Below the pieces are notes generated by a model. It searched no databases, was not told the origin of the DNA, and saw nothing but the letters and a program-made list of their open reading frames with translations. This document shows, piece after piece, positions 17,147-26,749 of a stretch of 64,000 nucleotides of DNA (position 1 is its first letter; every line of letters begins with the position of its first letter). Position numbers and translations under genes: made by a program. Origin of the DNA: an uncultured Planctomycetaceae bacterium (lineage in GTDB: Bacteria; Planctomycetota; Planctomycetia; Pirellulales; Lacipirellulaceae); the NCBI GenBank assembly GCA_964353155.1, contig CAYGUP010000012.1, positions 4,828 to 68,827 on the forward strand, read 5' to 3'.

Positions 17147-19108
17147 ATGCTTCGCGATTCCGTCCTCGACCTGCAACGCCACGGCCACCTACGGCGGATC
17201 GATGCGCCGATCGACGCCTACCTCGAAGCGGCCGCCATCCAACGGCGGGTCTTTGAGGCCGAGGGGCCTGCGATCTGGTTCACCAACGTGGCCGGCTGCC
17301 AGTTCTCGATGGTCAGCAACCTGTTCGGCACGCTCGAGCGCTCGAAGTTCCTGTTCCGGAAGACCTACGACTCGGTGCAGCGGCTGATCGACCTGAAGGT
17401 CGATCCGACGCGCGCCATGAAGTCGCCGCTCAAATACGCGAGAGCGCCGCTGACGGCGCTGACGATGTTGCCCAAGTCGGTCCGCTCCGGCCCGGTGATG
17501 GCGGGCGAGACCACCATCAGCCAGTTGCCGAACCTCGTCAGTTGGCCCCGCGACGGCGGGCCCTTTGTCACGCTGCCGCAGGTCTATACCGAAGACCCGC
17601 ACGCGCCGGGGCTGATGAAATCGAACCTCGGCATGTACCGCATCCAATTGCGTGGCAACGAGTACGAGATCGATCAGGAGATCGGGCTGCACTACCAATT
17701 GCATCGCTCGATCGGCGTGCACCAGGCCAAGGCGATGCGGCTGGGGCAGCCGTTCCGCGTGAACACGTTTGTCGGCGGCCACCCGGCGATGACCCTCGCC
17801 GCGGTGATGCCGTTGCCCGAGGGGATGAGCGAGCTGACGTTCGCCGGGGCCTTGGCCGGCCGCCGCATCCGCATGGTGAAACGCCCCGGCGAGTTGCCAG
17901 TCTACGCCGACGCCGACTTCGCCATCTGTGGCACCGTCATACCCGGCGAAGAGGGCGAGCGTGGCCTGCCGAAGATGAAGCCGGAAGGCCCGTTCGGCGA
18001 CCACCTGGGCTACTACTCGCTCCAGCACCCGTTCCCCGTGATGCGGGTCGATAAGGTCTATCATCGCAAGGACGCCATCTGGTCGTTCACGGTCGTCGGC
18101 CGGCCGCCCCAAGAAGACACCGCCTTCGGCGAACTGATACACGACCTGACCGGCCCGGTGATCCCGACCGTCCTGCCCGGCGTGCTGGGCGTGAACGCGG
18201 TCGATGCGGCCGGCGTCCACCCGCTGCTGCTCGCGGTCGGGAGCGAACGCTACATGCCTTTCTATGGCGAGCCGCGCCCGCAGGAAATCTTGACGCAAGC
18301 GTCCGGCATCTTGGGCCAGGGTCAGTTGTCACTCGCCAAGTTCTTATTCATTGCCGACGCCGGCTGCTGGCCGAAGGCCGCCGACGCGCTGCACGACCTG
18401 CATGCGGTGCGGCCGTTCTTGGAGCAAGTGCTCCGCCGGGCCGACTGGACGCGCGACTTGCACTACCAAACGCAGACCACGATCGACACGCTCGACTACT
18501 CGGGCGACTCAATCAACGCCGGCTCGAAGGTCGTCATCGCGTCGGCCGGGCCGGCGAAGTTCGACCTAGCAACCGAGCTGCCAACCAACCTCGGCACCCT
18601 GCCCACAGGATTCAGCGAGCCGCGTGTCGTCATGCCGGGCGTCGTTGCGGTGCGTGGGCCTCAGTTGCCCAAGCCCTCGTTCGACTACGACGCCGTTCAT
18701 CGCGGTGCCCTCACCGGCGAGCAGATGGAGGCAGCCGCCCTCGCCGAGCCGCAAGCCGTCGGGTCGGTCGAGATGAAGCGATTCACCGAGGGCCTGTCTC
18801 TCGATCACCCGCTCTGCGCCTTCCGTTTGATTGTGGTCGCCGACGATCCCAATTTTGTCGCCGCCACCAGCGGGCGCGAGGGGATCGGCAACTTCCTCTG
18901 GACCGCCTTCACGCGGGCCAACCCGGCGAGCGACCTGTGGGGCGTCCGCTCGTTCGTCCACCGCAAGCACTGGGGCTGCCGCGGCCCGCTGGTGATCGAC
19001 GCCCGTATCAAACCGCACCACGCCCCGACGATGGAAGAGGACTCGGCGGTCACCCAGAAGATCGAATCGATGGCCGCCGCGGGCGGGCCGCTCGAAGGCC
19101 TATTCTAG
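17147..19108 (+). CDS. ubiD: UbiD family prFMN-dependent decarboxylase
   Basis: LVSWPRDGGPFVTLP, NLGMYRIQ, EGPFGDHLGYYS, GRPPQED. Confidence 0.88.
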   Translation: MLRDSVLDLQRHGHLRRIDAPIDAYLEAAAIQRRVFEAEGPAIWFTNVAGCQFSMVSNLFGTLERSKFLFRKTYDSVQRLIDLKVDPTRAMKSPLKYARAPLTALTMLPKSVRSGPVMAGETTISQLPNLVSWPRDGGPFVTLPQVYTEDPHAPGLMKSNLGMYRIQLRGNEYEIDQEIGLHYQLHRSIGVHQAKAMRLGQPFRVNTFVGGHPAMTLAAVMPLPEGMSELTFAGALAGRRIRMVKRPGELPVYADADFAICGTVIPGEEGERGLPKMKPEGPFGDHLGYYSLQHPFPVMRVDKVYHRKDAIWSFTVVGRPPQEDTAFGELIHDLTGPVIPTVLPGVLGVNAVDAAGVHPLLLAVGSERYMPFYGEPRPQEILTQASGILGQGQLSLAKFLFIADAGCWPKAADALHDLHAVRPFLEQVLRRADWTRDLHYQTQTTIDTLDYSGDSINAGSKVVIASAGPAKFDLATELPTNLGTLPTGFSEPRVVMPGVVAVRGPQLPKPSFDYDAVHRGALTGEQMEAAALAEPQAVGSVEMKRFTEGLSLDHPLCAFRLIVVADDPNFVAATSGREGIGNFLWTAFTRANPASDLWGVRSFVHRKHWGCRGPLVIDARIKPHHAPTMEEDSAVTQKIESMAAAGGPLEGLF

Positions 19109-19216
19109 GGTCTCGAACCAGGGGCAACGCGCCCGCCCGGCTCGGGGTGTGTATAATCCCGGCCCTGCCGGCGGGGCGACCGCCTGCCCACTCTTTCACG
19201 AGCCCCGGAGCCTCGC

Positions 19217-20473
19217 GTGCCCCGCTACTTCTTCTCGCTGTTCTGCCTCGTCCCGCTGGCCCTCGGCTGTGCCCCCACGGCCTCGACCGGCGCGGATGTC
19301 GACTCTGCCGAAGTCGCTTCTGCCGACGCGGCCGCAACGGCCGAGGACGCCAGCGAATCGGCCTCCGATGACGGGATGCTCACGATCGGCTCGACCGCCC
19401 CGCGGCTCGACGTCTCGCATTGGTACCCAACCGAACTAGAAGACGCCGAGCCGATCACCCAGCTCGGCTCGGGCGAGGTGCATGTCGTCGAGTTTTGGGC
19501 GACCTGGTGCGGCCCCTGCGTTTCGAGCATCCCGCACATCAACGAGATGCAAAAGAGCTACGGCGATCGGGGCGTGACCTTCGTGAGCATCACACGCGAA
19601 GACACCGAAACCGTCGAACCGTTCTTCGAGCGAACCGTCCGCGGCGAAGAGGGAGACGACGCCCCCATCTACGGCGACCTGATGAAGGCCTACCGCGTCG
19701 GCTCGGACCCCGACGGATCGACCAACCGCGACTACATGGAGGCCGCCGGTCAGAACGGCATCCCGTGCGCCTTCATCGTTGGCAAGACCGGCAAGGTCGA
19801 GTGGATCGGGCACCCGATGGCGATGAGCGAGATCCTCGAGCGCGTCGTCGAAGACCAATGGGACCGCGAAGCTTACGCGAAAGAATTCAAAGCCAAAAAG
19901 CGGATGGAGGCTTTGATGCAACAGATCGGGCGAGCCTTCCAGCAAGGCGATGCCGAGAAGGCCAACGAGCTGCTCGACAAGATGCTGGCCGAGTCCGACG
20001 ACCCGAGGATGAAGGCACGCGTCGCGGGGATCCGCGAGCAGATGAGCCTCCAGATGTTCTATACCAAGCTCGGCGAAGACCCCGAGAAAGACCTCGACGA
20101 ACTCCGCACCCGCGTCGCCGCCTTTGAAGGTGACCTCGAACAGATCAATCGTTTCGTCTGGCCGTTCGCCGCGATCAGTGCCCAAGGGGGCGACGTCAGC
20201 GACGACTTGCTGAAGCTCGCGGCGGAGCTGACCGAAGCGGCCCTCGCCGAAACGCCCGGCGTCGAGGACGGCAACGTGCTCGACACCCTCGCCCACCTCT
20301 ACCACGAGCAAGGCGACCTGCCCAAGGCGATCGAGCGGCAACGCCAAGCGGTCGCGGCCGACAATCCGCCGGGGATACAACAACAGCTACAGAGTTATCT
20401 TGATCAACTGTTGGTCGAGCAGAAAAGCCTCGAAGAGCCGGCCGAAGAGGAAGCCACCCCGGAAGCAACGTGA
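19217..20473 (+). CDS. TlpA/redoxin-family lipoprotein with C-terminal TPR-like region
   Basis: Lipobox LALGC; VVEFWATWCGPC; GIPCAFIVGKTGKVEWIGHP; DTLAHLYHEQGDLPKAIERQ. A perfect TATAAT lies at 19152-19157 upstream. Confidence 0.88.
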   Translation: MPRYFFSLFCLVPLALGCAPTASTGADVDSAEVASADAAATAEDASESASDDGMLTIGSTAPRLDVSHWYPTELEDAEPITQLGSGEVHVVEFWATWCGPCVSSIPHINEMQKSYGDRGVTFVSITREDTETVEPFFERTVRGEEGDDAPIYGDLMKAYRVGSDPDGSTNRDYMEAAGQNGIPCAFIVGKTGKVEWIGHPMAMSEILERVVEDQWDREAYAKEFKAKKRMEALMQQIGRAFQQGDAEKANELLDKMLAESDDPRMKARVAGIREQMSLQMFYTKLGEDPEKDLDELRTRVAAFEGDLEQINRFVWPFAAISAQGGDVSDDLLKLAAELTEAALAETPGVEDGNVLDTLAHLYHEQGDLPKAIERQRQAVAADNPPGIQQQLQSYLDQLLVEQKSLEEPAEEEATPEAT

Positions 20474-21303
20474 TGGACCGGCTGCGATCGGGCGCATTTC
20501 AAGCGATCGGATGCCTCGCTATGCTGGCCGGCCTCTCGTTGAGCGTCGCTGCGGTTCGGGCGGAGGCCTCCCTCGATATCCGACCGGCCGCCGAAGGAGT
20601 CTTCGTTGGCCCGCTGCCGAGCGGCGACGACTGGAAGGCCCTGCGCGAGCGAGGCATCCAGACCGTCGTCGGCGTGGACGGGCTGCCCCCCGATGTCGAT
20701 GCCGCCCGCACGCACGGTTTGCGTGTCGTCCATATCCCCATCGGGTACGACGGGATCGATCACCACGCCGCGGGCCAACTGACCCGGGTCGCCCATGAAC
20801 TGCCCCGCCCGATCTATGTTTGCTGCCACCACGGCAAGCACCGCGGCCCCGCGGCGGCGGCCCTTGTGTGCCGAGCGGCCGGCTTGCTCGATGAAGCCGG
20901 CGCGATCCAGTTGCTCCAAGGTGCCGGCACCGATCGCCGCTACGCCGGCCTCTGGCGCGATGTCCGTCGGTTCCAACCACTCGACAACAACGCCGAGCTC
21001 CCCGAACTGTCGCCGCGATCAGCGGTCTCGCCCCTCCGGCTGGCCATGAGCCAACTCGATCGAGCCTGGGACGCCCACCAAGCTGCCGCAACCGACCAAC
21101 AACGCCGCGAGACGCACCTACTGGTCCGCGAAGCCCTCAAAGAATCCCGCCGAGCCGCGGCCGCTAAGCCAAAAACCCCAACGGCGATGATCGAACGGTT
21201 CGACCACCAGCTCGCTGGCTGGTCGAATCCCAAGAGAACAACGAAGCCAACTCAGGAGCCGGGACAAAGCTGCCTCGACTGCCACGAACGCTTCCGCGAC
21301 TAA
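20470..21303 (+). CDS. Secreted phosphatase-fold (CX5R) protein fused to a C-terminal CxxCH heme-c motif
   Basis: Signal peptide; VCCHHGKHRG P-loop; helical C-terminal part ending SCLDCHERFRD; GTGA overlap with the upstream gene. Confidence 0.75.
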   Translation: MMDRLRSGAFQAIGCLAMLAGLSLSVAAVRAEASLDIRPAAEGVFVGPLPSGDDWKALRERGIQTVVGVDGLPPDVDAARTHGLRVVHIPIGYDGIDHHAAGQLTRVAHELPRPIYVCCHHGKHRGPAAAALVCRAAGLLDEAGAIQLLQGAGTDRRYAGLWRDVRRFQPLDNNAELPELSPRSAVSPLRLAMSQLDRAWDAHQAAATDQQRRETHLLVREALKESRRAAAAKPKTPTAMIERFDHQLAGWSNPKRTTKPTQEPGQSCLDCHERFRD

Positions 21304-21376
21304 CTCAGCAACACGCCGGCGCCGCGCGTGACTCGCCTGGCTTCAATACACCACGCGGGTCGTCTAGCCTTATCCC

Positions 21377-21745
21377 ATGCCCAACTGGCTCTCCAACCTG
21401 TTCGATGGCTTCGAGCGGACGCCGCTGTGGTTGGAGCATGCGCCGTGGTGGGCCGCGGCGCTCTGGTTATTCGCTGTCGGCGGGTGCGTTGGCAGCTTCT
21501 TGAATGTGGTCTCGCTCCGCGGCAAGCGGGGCGAGGACATCGTCTTCAAGCCGAGCGGCTGCCCGGTCTGCGGCCATCGCATCCGCCGGCGGCACAACCT
21601 GCCGATCGTTGGCTACGTGCTGCTCCGTGGCCGCTGCTACGACTGCAAGACGCCAATCCCCAGCCGATACTTCCTCTGGGAGTTGGCCTTCGGCGTGTTG
21701 TTCGCCGTGGTCGGGATGTGGCTGGTGGGCCGCTACGTGCGATAA
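21377..21745 (+). CDS. Stand-alone prepilin peptidase N-terminal Zn-binding domain
   Basis: GGCVGSFLNVV...SGCPVCGHRI..NLPIVGYVLLRGRCYDCKTPI; stops after the next TM helix, with no catalytic A24 domain. Confidence 0.8.
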   Translation: MPNWLSNLFDGFERTPLWLEHAPWWAAALWLFAVGGCVGSFLNVVSLRGKRGEDIVFKPSGCPVCGHRIRRRHNLPIVGYVLLRGRCYDCKTPIPSRYFLWELAFGVLFAVVGMWLVGRYVR

Positions 21746-21829
21746 GCCGCGGTTGGGGAGAAACCACCAAGCGGGTTAGACTGTGGCTCGGTTTCTCGCC
21801 CCTCGTCCCTAAGCCCTAGCTCCTCATCT

Positions 21830-23239
21830 ATGCGTCTCACCTTCCACGGGGCGGCCGGCACGGTCACCGGCAGCAAGTACCTGCTCGAAGCCGACGGCGC
21901 GTCGGTGTTGATCGATTGCGGGATGTTCCAAGGGCTCAAGAAGCTCCGCCAGCGGAACTGGGCCGGCACGCCCTTCAAGGCGGGCGAGCTCGATGCCTGT
22001 TTGCTGACGCACGCCCACCTCGACCACACCGGCTACCTGCCGCGGGTCGTGAAGGAGGGCTTCAACGGCCCGATCTTCTGCACGCCCGGCACGGCTAAGC
22101 TGGCCGAGCTAATCATGCTCGACTCGGCGAAGATCCAAGAGTACGACGCCGCCTACGCCAACAAGAAGGGCTTCAGCAAGCACAAGCCGGCGTTGCCGCT
22201 CTACACCGGGCAAGACGTGCTGACCACCGTCAAAAATTTCCGCGAAGTCGGCCGCAACGACTGGGTCCACATCGCCGGCCCGATCCACGCCAAGTGGCAC
22301 GACGCGGGCCACTTGCTCGGCTCGAACCTGATCGAGATCGAAGTCCGCGAGGAGGCCAAGACGACGCGCCTCGTCTTCTCCGGAGACATCGGCCGCTACG
22401 ACGGCCCCCTCTACCACGACCCGACACCCCCACCCGAGTGCGACTACCTGATCTGCGAGAGCACCTACGGCAACCGCAACCACCCGGATGTCGATCTGCC
22501 CGAAGCCCTCGCCGAGGTCGTCCATCGCGGCATCGAGCGGGGCGGCGTGATGCTGATGGCCTCGTTCGCCGTCGGCCGCGCGCAGCAGCTCATCTACCTG
22601 CTGCAAGTTCTCAAGTGCGCGGGCAAGATCCCCGACCTGCCGATCTACCTCGACAGCCCGATGAGCGTCGACGCCACGAAGATCTACCGCGAGCACTGCG
22701 AAGACCACGACCTGTCCGAAGCCCAGCTATGCGGCAAGGAGAGCCCCTGCTCCGTGGGCGATCGCCCCGTGCTGGGCGGCGACGCCGTGCACCTCTGCAA
22801 GACGGTCGATGAGTCGAAGGGGCTCAACAACGTGAAGGGCCCGGCGATCATCATCAGCTCCAGCGGCATGATGACCGCGGGCCGGATCGTGCATCACTTG
22901 AAGAAGCGGCTGCCCGATCCCTCGACCACGGTCATCCTCGGCGGCTACATGGCGGTCGGCACCCGCGGCCGCCGCCTTGAGCAGGGTGAGAACCCGATCC
23001 GGATGCACGGCCAGGAGATCCCGGTGAAGGCCGCCATCGAGAAGGTCCCCGGCCTCTCCGGCCACGCCGACCGCGACGGCCTGTTGCAATGGCTCGGCCA
23101 CCTCAAGACCCCGCCCAAGCAGACCTTCCTGACCCACGGCGAACCCGACAGCGCCGCCGCCCTCGCCGAAACGCTCCGCGACGAAAAGGGCTGGCACGTC
23201 ACGGTGCCGGATATGGAGGAGTGGCACGAATTGGATTGA
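21830..23239 (+). CDS. MBL-fold beta-CASP RNA-processing metallohydrolase
   Basis: GTVTGSKY, LIDCG, THAHLDHTG, AGHLLGS, ESTYG, SSSGM, LSGHAD, THGE. Confidence 0.93.
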   Translation: MRLTFHGAAGTVTGSKYLLEADGASVLIDCGMFQGLKKLRQRNWAGTPFKAGELDACLLTHAHLDHTGYLPRVVKEGFNGPIFCTPGTAKLAELIMLDSAKIQEYDAAYANKKGFSKHKPALPLYTGQDVLTTVKNFREVGRNDWVHIAGPIHAKWHDAGHLLGSNLIEIEVREEAKTTRLVFSGDIGRYDGPLYHDPTPPPECDYLICESTYGNRNHPDVDLPEALAEVVHRGIERGGVMLMASFAVGRAQQLIYLLQVLKCAGKIPDLPIYLDSPMSVDATKIYREHCEDHDLSEAQLCGKESPCSVGDRPVLGGDAVHLCKTVDESKGLNNVKGPAIIISSSGMMTAGRIVHHLKKRLPDPSTTVILGGYMAVGTRGRRLEQGENPIRMHGQEIPVKAAIEKVPGLSGHADRDGLLQWLGHLKTPPKQTFLTHGEPDSAAALAETLRDEKGWHVTVPDMEEWHELD

Positions 23240-23276
23240 GTGGACGCCCAACCGACTTCTACCCAAAGAGGAACCG

Positions 23277-23495
23277 ATGCTACGGAAAGCTCTTGCGGTC
23301 GTCTTCTTGTTACTCGCGGTGTCGAGCGCGATCAACTTCGCCAATCGTCAGGAGGCTCTCGATTTTAGTTCTCCTAGGCAGGCTGGATCGGCCCTCGCTG
23401 TTCTGATGTTGCTTGCCATATCACTCCGACTGTGGAGCCGCTCATCCAGGCGGCCACGGAGGGACACCGACCGCGAGTCGTCGGACCTGGACTGA
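23277..23495 (+). CDS. Small two-TM hypothetical membrane protein
   Basis: 72 aa, two hydrophobic segments, upstream GAGGA, fits the gap between flanking genes. Confidence 0.55.
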   Translation: MLRKALAVVFLLLAVSSAINFANRQEALDFSSPRQAGSALAVLMLLAISLRLWSRSSRRPRRDTDRESSDLD

Positions 23496-23600
23496 CTCCC
23501 TTTGCGCCTTCGCAGCTTTGCGTGAGACTCTGTTAAGCCGCCGCTAGGGTCCGGACGACGCGGCTCGCCCTCACCGCCCACCCCTACTGCCAACTCTCTC

Positions 23601-24545
23601 ATGCCGCAAAACAAGCCCTCCAAGCACATCGGTTCCGAAGCCCAGAAGCCGGCCGAGCCGATGGACGTCGCGCCGGATTTCAACCTCGACGCCCACCAGG
23701 GCGGGCTGCCGCCCGAGGTCGAGGAGAACCGGCAGGCGATCATGGAGTCGCAGGCGTATATCCTGCCGGAGGCCGATACCGAGTGGCTCAAGGAGTCCGA
23801 GATGCGGCCGGTCCGCATGCAGCTCGAACTGCAGAAGACCGAGATCCTGCTCCAGCGTGAGAATATCGAGTCGACGGTCGTGGTCTTCGGCGGCACGCAG
23901 ATCGTCCCCAAGGAAGAGGCCGAGGAACGCCTCGCCAAGGCCCAGGCCGAACTCGACGCCAACCCCAACGACCACCAAGCCCAACGCGGCGTGGTGCGGG
24001 CCGAGGCCCGGATGAAGAAGGTCCGCTTCTACGAGGAGTGCCGCGCGTTCGCCAAGCTCGTCAGCAGCCGCTGCCAGATCGACGGCAAGTGCGAGTACGT
24101 GGTCACCACGGGCGGCGGCCCGGGCATCATGGAGGCCGGCAACCGCGGCGCGTTCGAGATCGGCGCCAAGTCGGTCGGCCTCAACATCGAGTTGCCGCAC
24201 GAGCAAGAGCCCAACCCGTACATCACGCCGGAACTCTGCTTCCAGTTCCACTACTTCGCGATGCGGAAGTTCCACTTCATCCTGCGTGCCGCGGCGTTGG
24301 TGGTCTTCCCGGGCGGGTACGGCACGCTCGACGAGCTGTTCAACTGCCTCTGCCTCCGCCAGACCGGCCGCATGCAAGCGATCCCGATCATCCTGTACGG
24401 CAAAGAATACTGGGACTCGGTCCTCAACTTCCAATCCCTTGCCGACGAGGGCGTCATCGCCGACGAGCACCTCGACCTCATCTCCTACGCCGACACGCCC
24501 GAAGAGGCCTGGGGCCTGATCGCCAAGTTCCATAACGTGGAGTAG
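23601..24545 (+). CDS. LOG family (TIGR00730-like) nucleotide phosphoribohydrolase
   Basis: TGGGPGIMEAGNRGA, GLNIELPHEQEPN, FHYFAMRK, FPGGYGTLDELF. Confidence 0.92.
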   Translation: MPQNKPSKHIGSEAQKPAEPMDVAPDFNLDAHQGGLPPEVEENRQAIMESQAYILPEADTEWLKESEMRPVRMQLELQKTEILLQRENIESTVVVFGGTQIVPKEEAEERLAKAQAELDANPNDHQAQRGVVRAEARMKKVRFYEECRAFAKLVSSRCQIDGKCEYVVTTGGGPGIMEAGNRGAFEIGAKSVGLNIELPHEQEPNPYITPELCFQFHYFAMRKFHFILRAAALVVFPGGYGTLDELFNCLCLRQTGRMQAIPIILYGKEYWDSVLNFQSLADEGVIADEHLDLISYADTPEEAWGLIAKFHNVE

Positions 24546-24563
24546 TTGAATACGGGAGAAGCA

Positions 24564-25019
24564 ATGTCGGAAGCGCAGCTAATCACTGGTGCCGAGAAAC
24601 TCACATCGGTTTTTGGCTACTGGCCTTCGTTTCACGACGCTGAGATTGTCTGGATCAAAATCGATCGTTCTGCTGGCTCTGATTCTGACGATCGCGGGCC
24701 AACGCTGGACACCTTGATTCATGCATTCGAGATGACCAAAGAGATTGATTCCAACGGCTACTATTGTTTGCGGAACCATGTCTTAGTGCATCTGCGATTT
24801 CATGAGGCAGTCGAACTGAGTCTTGAAGGGTTCAATCATCAGAATGTTCTTATGGAGTTGACCATCTCAGATTTGACAGAGAGGCAACTTGAGCGGGTCC
24901 GATGGCGCGTTCATTTCGCATCGTCTTGGGGCGTTGAATCGACCTTTAACTGCTATCACGCTGAAGTCATTTCTGTAACGCCTTGTGACAAGCATGGAAC
25001 GGCATTACCAGAGTGGTAA
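24564..25019 (+). CDS. Imm50-like immunity protein (orphan)
   Basis: FGYWPSFHDAEI N-terminus and LSLEGFNHQNVL resemble Imm50 proteins (recognition from memory); visibly AT-richer than neighbours; GGGAG RBS before ATG 24564. Confidence 0.7.
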   Translation: MSEAQLITGAEKLTSVFGYWPSFHDAEIVWIKIDRSAGSDSDDRGPTLDTLIHAFEMTKEIDSNGYYCLRNHVLVHLRFHEAVELSLEGFNHQNVLMELTISDLTERQLERVRWRVHFASSWGVESTFNCYHAEVISVTPCDKHGTALPEW

Positions 25020-25105
25020 ATGCTGGCACCGCCGGCAAGCTTGACGACTCGCACTCGTCAGGCAATGAAGAAGGGGTCACCAGCCCCTTCGATCGAGGCC
25101 TTGGC

Positions 25106-26722
25106 ATGGGCGGAATCAGGCGGATCGGCTTCGCGGCGGCTCTCTTTCTGATCGGCAACGCCCCGGCCTCGGCCACCGATCGGATCGTTGGCACCACCGG
25201 CGGGCTCTCCGTCGCGCTCGCCGCGGCGGTGCCGGGCGACACGATCTCGCTGCTGCCGGGGGTCTACGACGGCGGGCATTTCCGCGCCGGGCTGACCGAC
25301 GTGACCATCCGCCGGCAGCCGGGTTCCGCGGGCGAGGCGATCCTCCGCGGCGGCGTGAACGGCATCCAGCTCTCCGACGCCACGCGGGTCACGATCGATG
25401 GGCTCACCTTCGAGGCCCAGACCGGCAACGGGCTGAACATCGACGACGGCGGCACGTTCGCCTCGCCCTCGACCGAGATCACGCTCCGCAACCTCACCGT
25501 CCGCGACATGGCGGCCACCGGCAATAACGACGGCATCAAGCTGTCGGGCGTCACCGGCTTCACGATCGATCGCGTCCGCGTCATCGACTGGGGCGCCCGC
25601 GGCAGCGCGATCGATCCGGTCGGGTCGCACCGGGGCGTGATCCGGGACTCGCACTTCCTCAGCAACGTGCTGACCGACAACGGCTCGGTCATCCGCCCCA
25701 AGGGGGGCAGCAAGGCGATTCAAGTCCAAGGCAACTTGATCGAACTCCCCGCAGGAGCAGGCCGGGCGTTGCAGGCCGGCGGCTCGACGGGCGATGCCTT
25801 CTTCCGCTTCGTTGATGGGGACTCGGGCTACGAGGCCAACGAGATCCGCTTCGAAGGCAACCGCGTGATCGGCGGTGCTAGCGCGGCTCATTGGGTCAAC
25901 ATCGATGGCGGCGAGTTCCGCTACAACGACTTCCGCAACCCGTCGCGTTGGGCGATGCGGATACTCAACGAGCGGCAGGGCGACCCGATTGTCGATACGC
26001 AAAACGGCGTCTTCACCGACAACTATCTCCGCTACGACGGCGACTCCTGGTCGCGGGCGGTAAACATCGGCGCGGAGACCGACACCGGCTCGTTCACCTT
26101 CGCTCGCAACGGCTGGCTGAACACCGCCGACCCCACCTCGGCGGGCTCGACCCCCTCGCTGCCGGCCGCCGAAGCCGATGGCCAGTACGGCGTCGCGGCT
26201 CCGTGGGACGCCGACGAGCCAATGCGTTGGTCGTTCGACTGGGGCGAATGGATCGTGCCGCTCGACGCCGCCGATACCACGCTCCCGGTGACCAACCACC
26301 AAGAGCTGCTGCTCGCCACCCCCGGGGCGGACGGCCTCTTCGATCCCGCGGCTGCCGATCCCCTTTCAGGCGACTGGCTCCTGCGGCCGGCCTCGGAAGA
26401 CTTAGCCACCAACGCCTTCGAGCCGGCGGTGCTGATCCGGCCCGCCTCCTGCGGCATCTGCCAGACGGTCGCCGGCGACTACGACCGCAACGGCCTCGTC
26501 GACTCGGCCGATCGCTCCCTGTGGGCTCAGCAGTACGGCTACGCCGGCGACGGGGCCTTGGCCGATGGCAACGGCGATGGCCGCGTCGATGCGGCCGACT
26601 ACACCGTTTGGCGTGACGCGATGGTGCCAGCCCCCGCCGCCGTGATCCCCGAACCGGCCGGGCCGGCTCTCGTTTTGTTCGCGGCGATGGGTGTTGCCGG
26701 CAGGCCCGAGCGATCACGATAG
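25106..26722 (+). CDS. PEP-CTERM protein with right-handed beta-helix (pectin-lyase-like) domain and dockerin-like repeat
   Basis: Signal peptide; PGDTISLLPGVY, NGIQLSDA, DGIKLSGV beta-helix repeats; GDYDRNGLVD...ADGNGDGRVDAADYTVWRD; IPEPAGPALVLF. Confidence 0.85.
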   Translation: MGGIRRIGFAAALFLIGNAPASATDRIVGTTGGLSVALAAAVPGDTISLLPGVYDGGHFRAGLTDVTIRRQPGSAGEAILRGGVNGIQLSDATRVTIDGLTFEAQTGNGLNIDDGGTFASPSTEITLRNLTVRDMAATGNNDGIKLSGVTGFTIDRVRVIDWGARGSAIDPVGSHRGVIRDSHFLSNVLTDNGSVIRPKGGSKAIQVQGNLIELPAGAGRALQAGGSTGDAFFRFVDGDSGYEANEIRFEGNRVIGGASAAHWVNIDGGEFRYNDFRNPSRWAMRILNERQGDPIVDTQNGVFTDNYLRYDGDSWSRAVNIGAETDTGSFTFARNGWLNTADPTSAGSTPSLPAAEADGQYGVAAPWDADEPMRWSFDWGEWIVPLDAADTTLPVTNHQELLLATPGADGLFDPAAADPLSGDWLLRPASEDLATNAFEPAVLIRPASCGICQTVAGDYDRNGLVDSADRSLWAQQYGYAGDGALADGNGDGRVDAADYTVWRDAMVPAPAAVIPEPAGPALVLFAAMGVAGRPERSR

Positions 26723-26749
26723 AGGGCTGCTCCACTACCCTCCCCCGCC

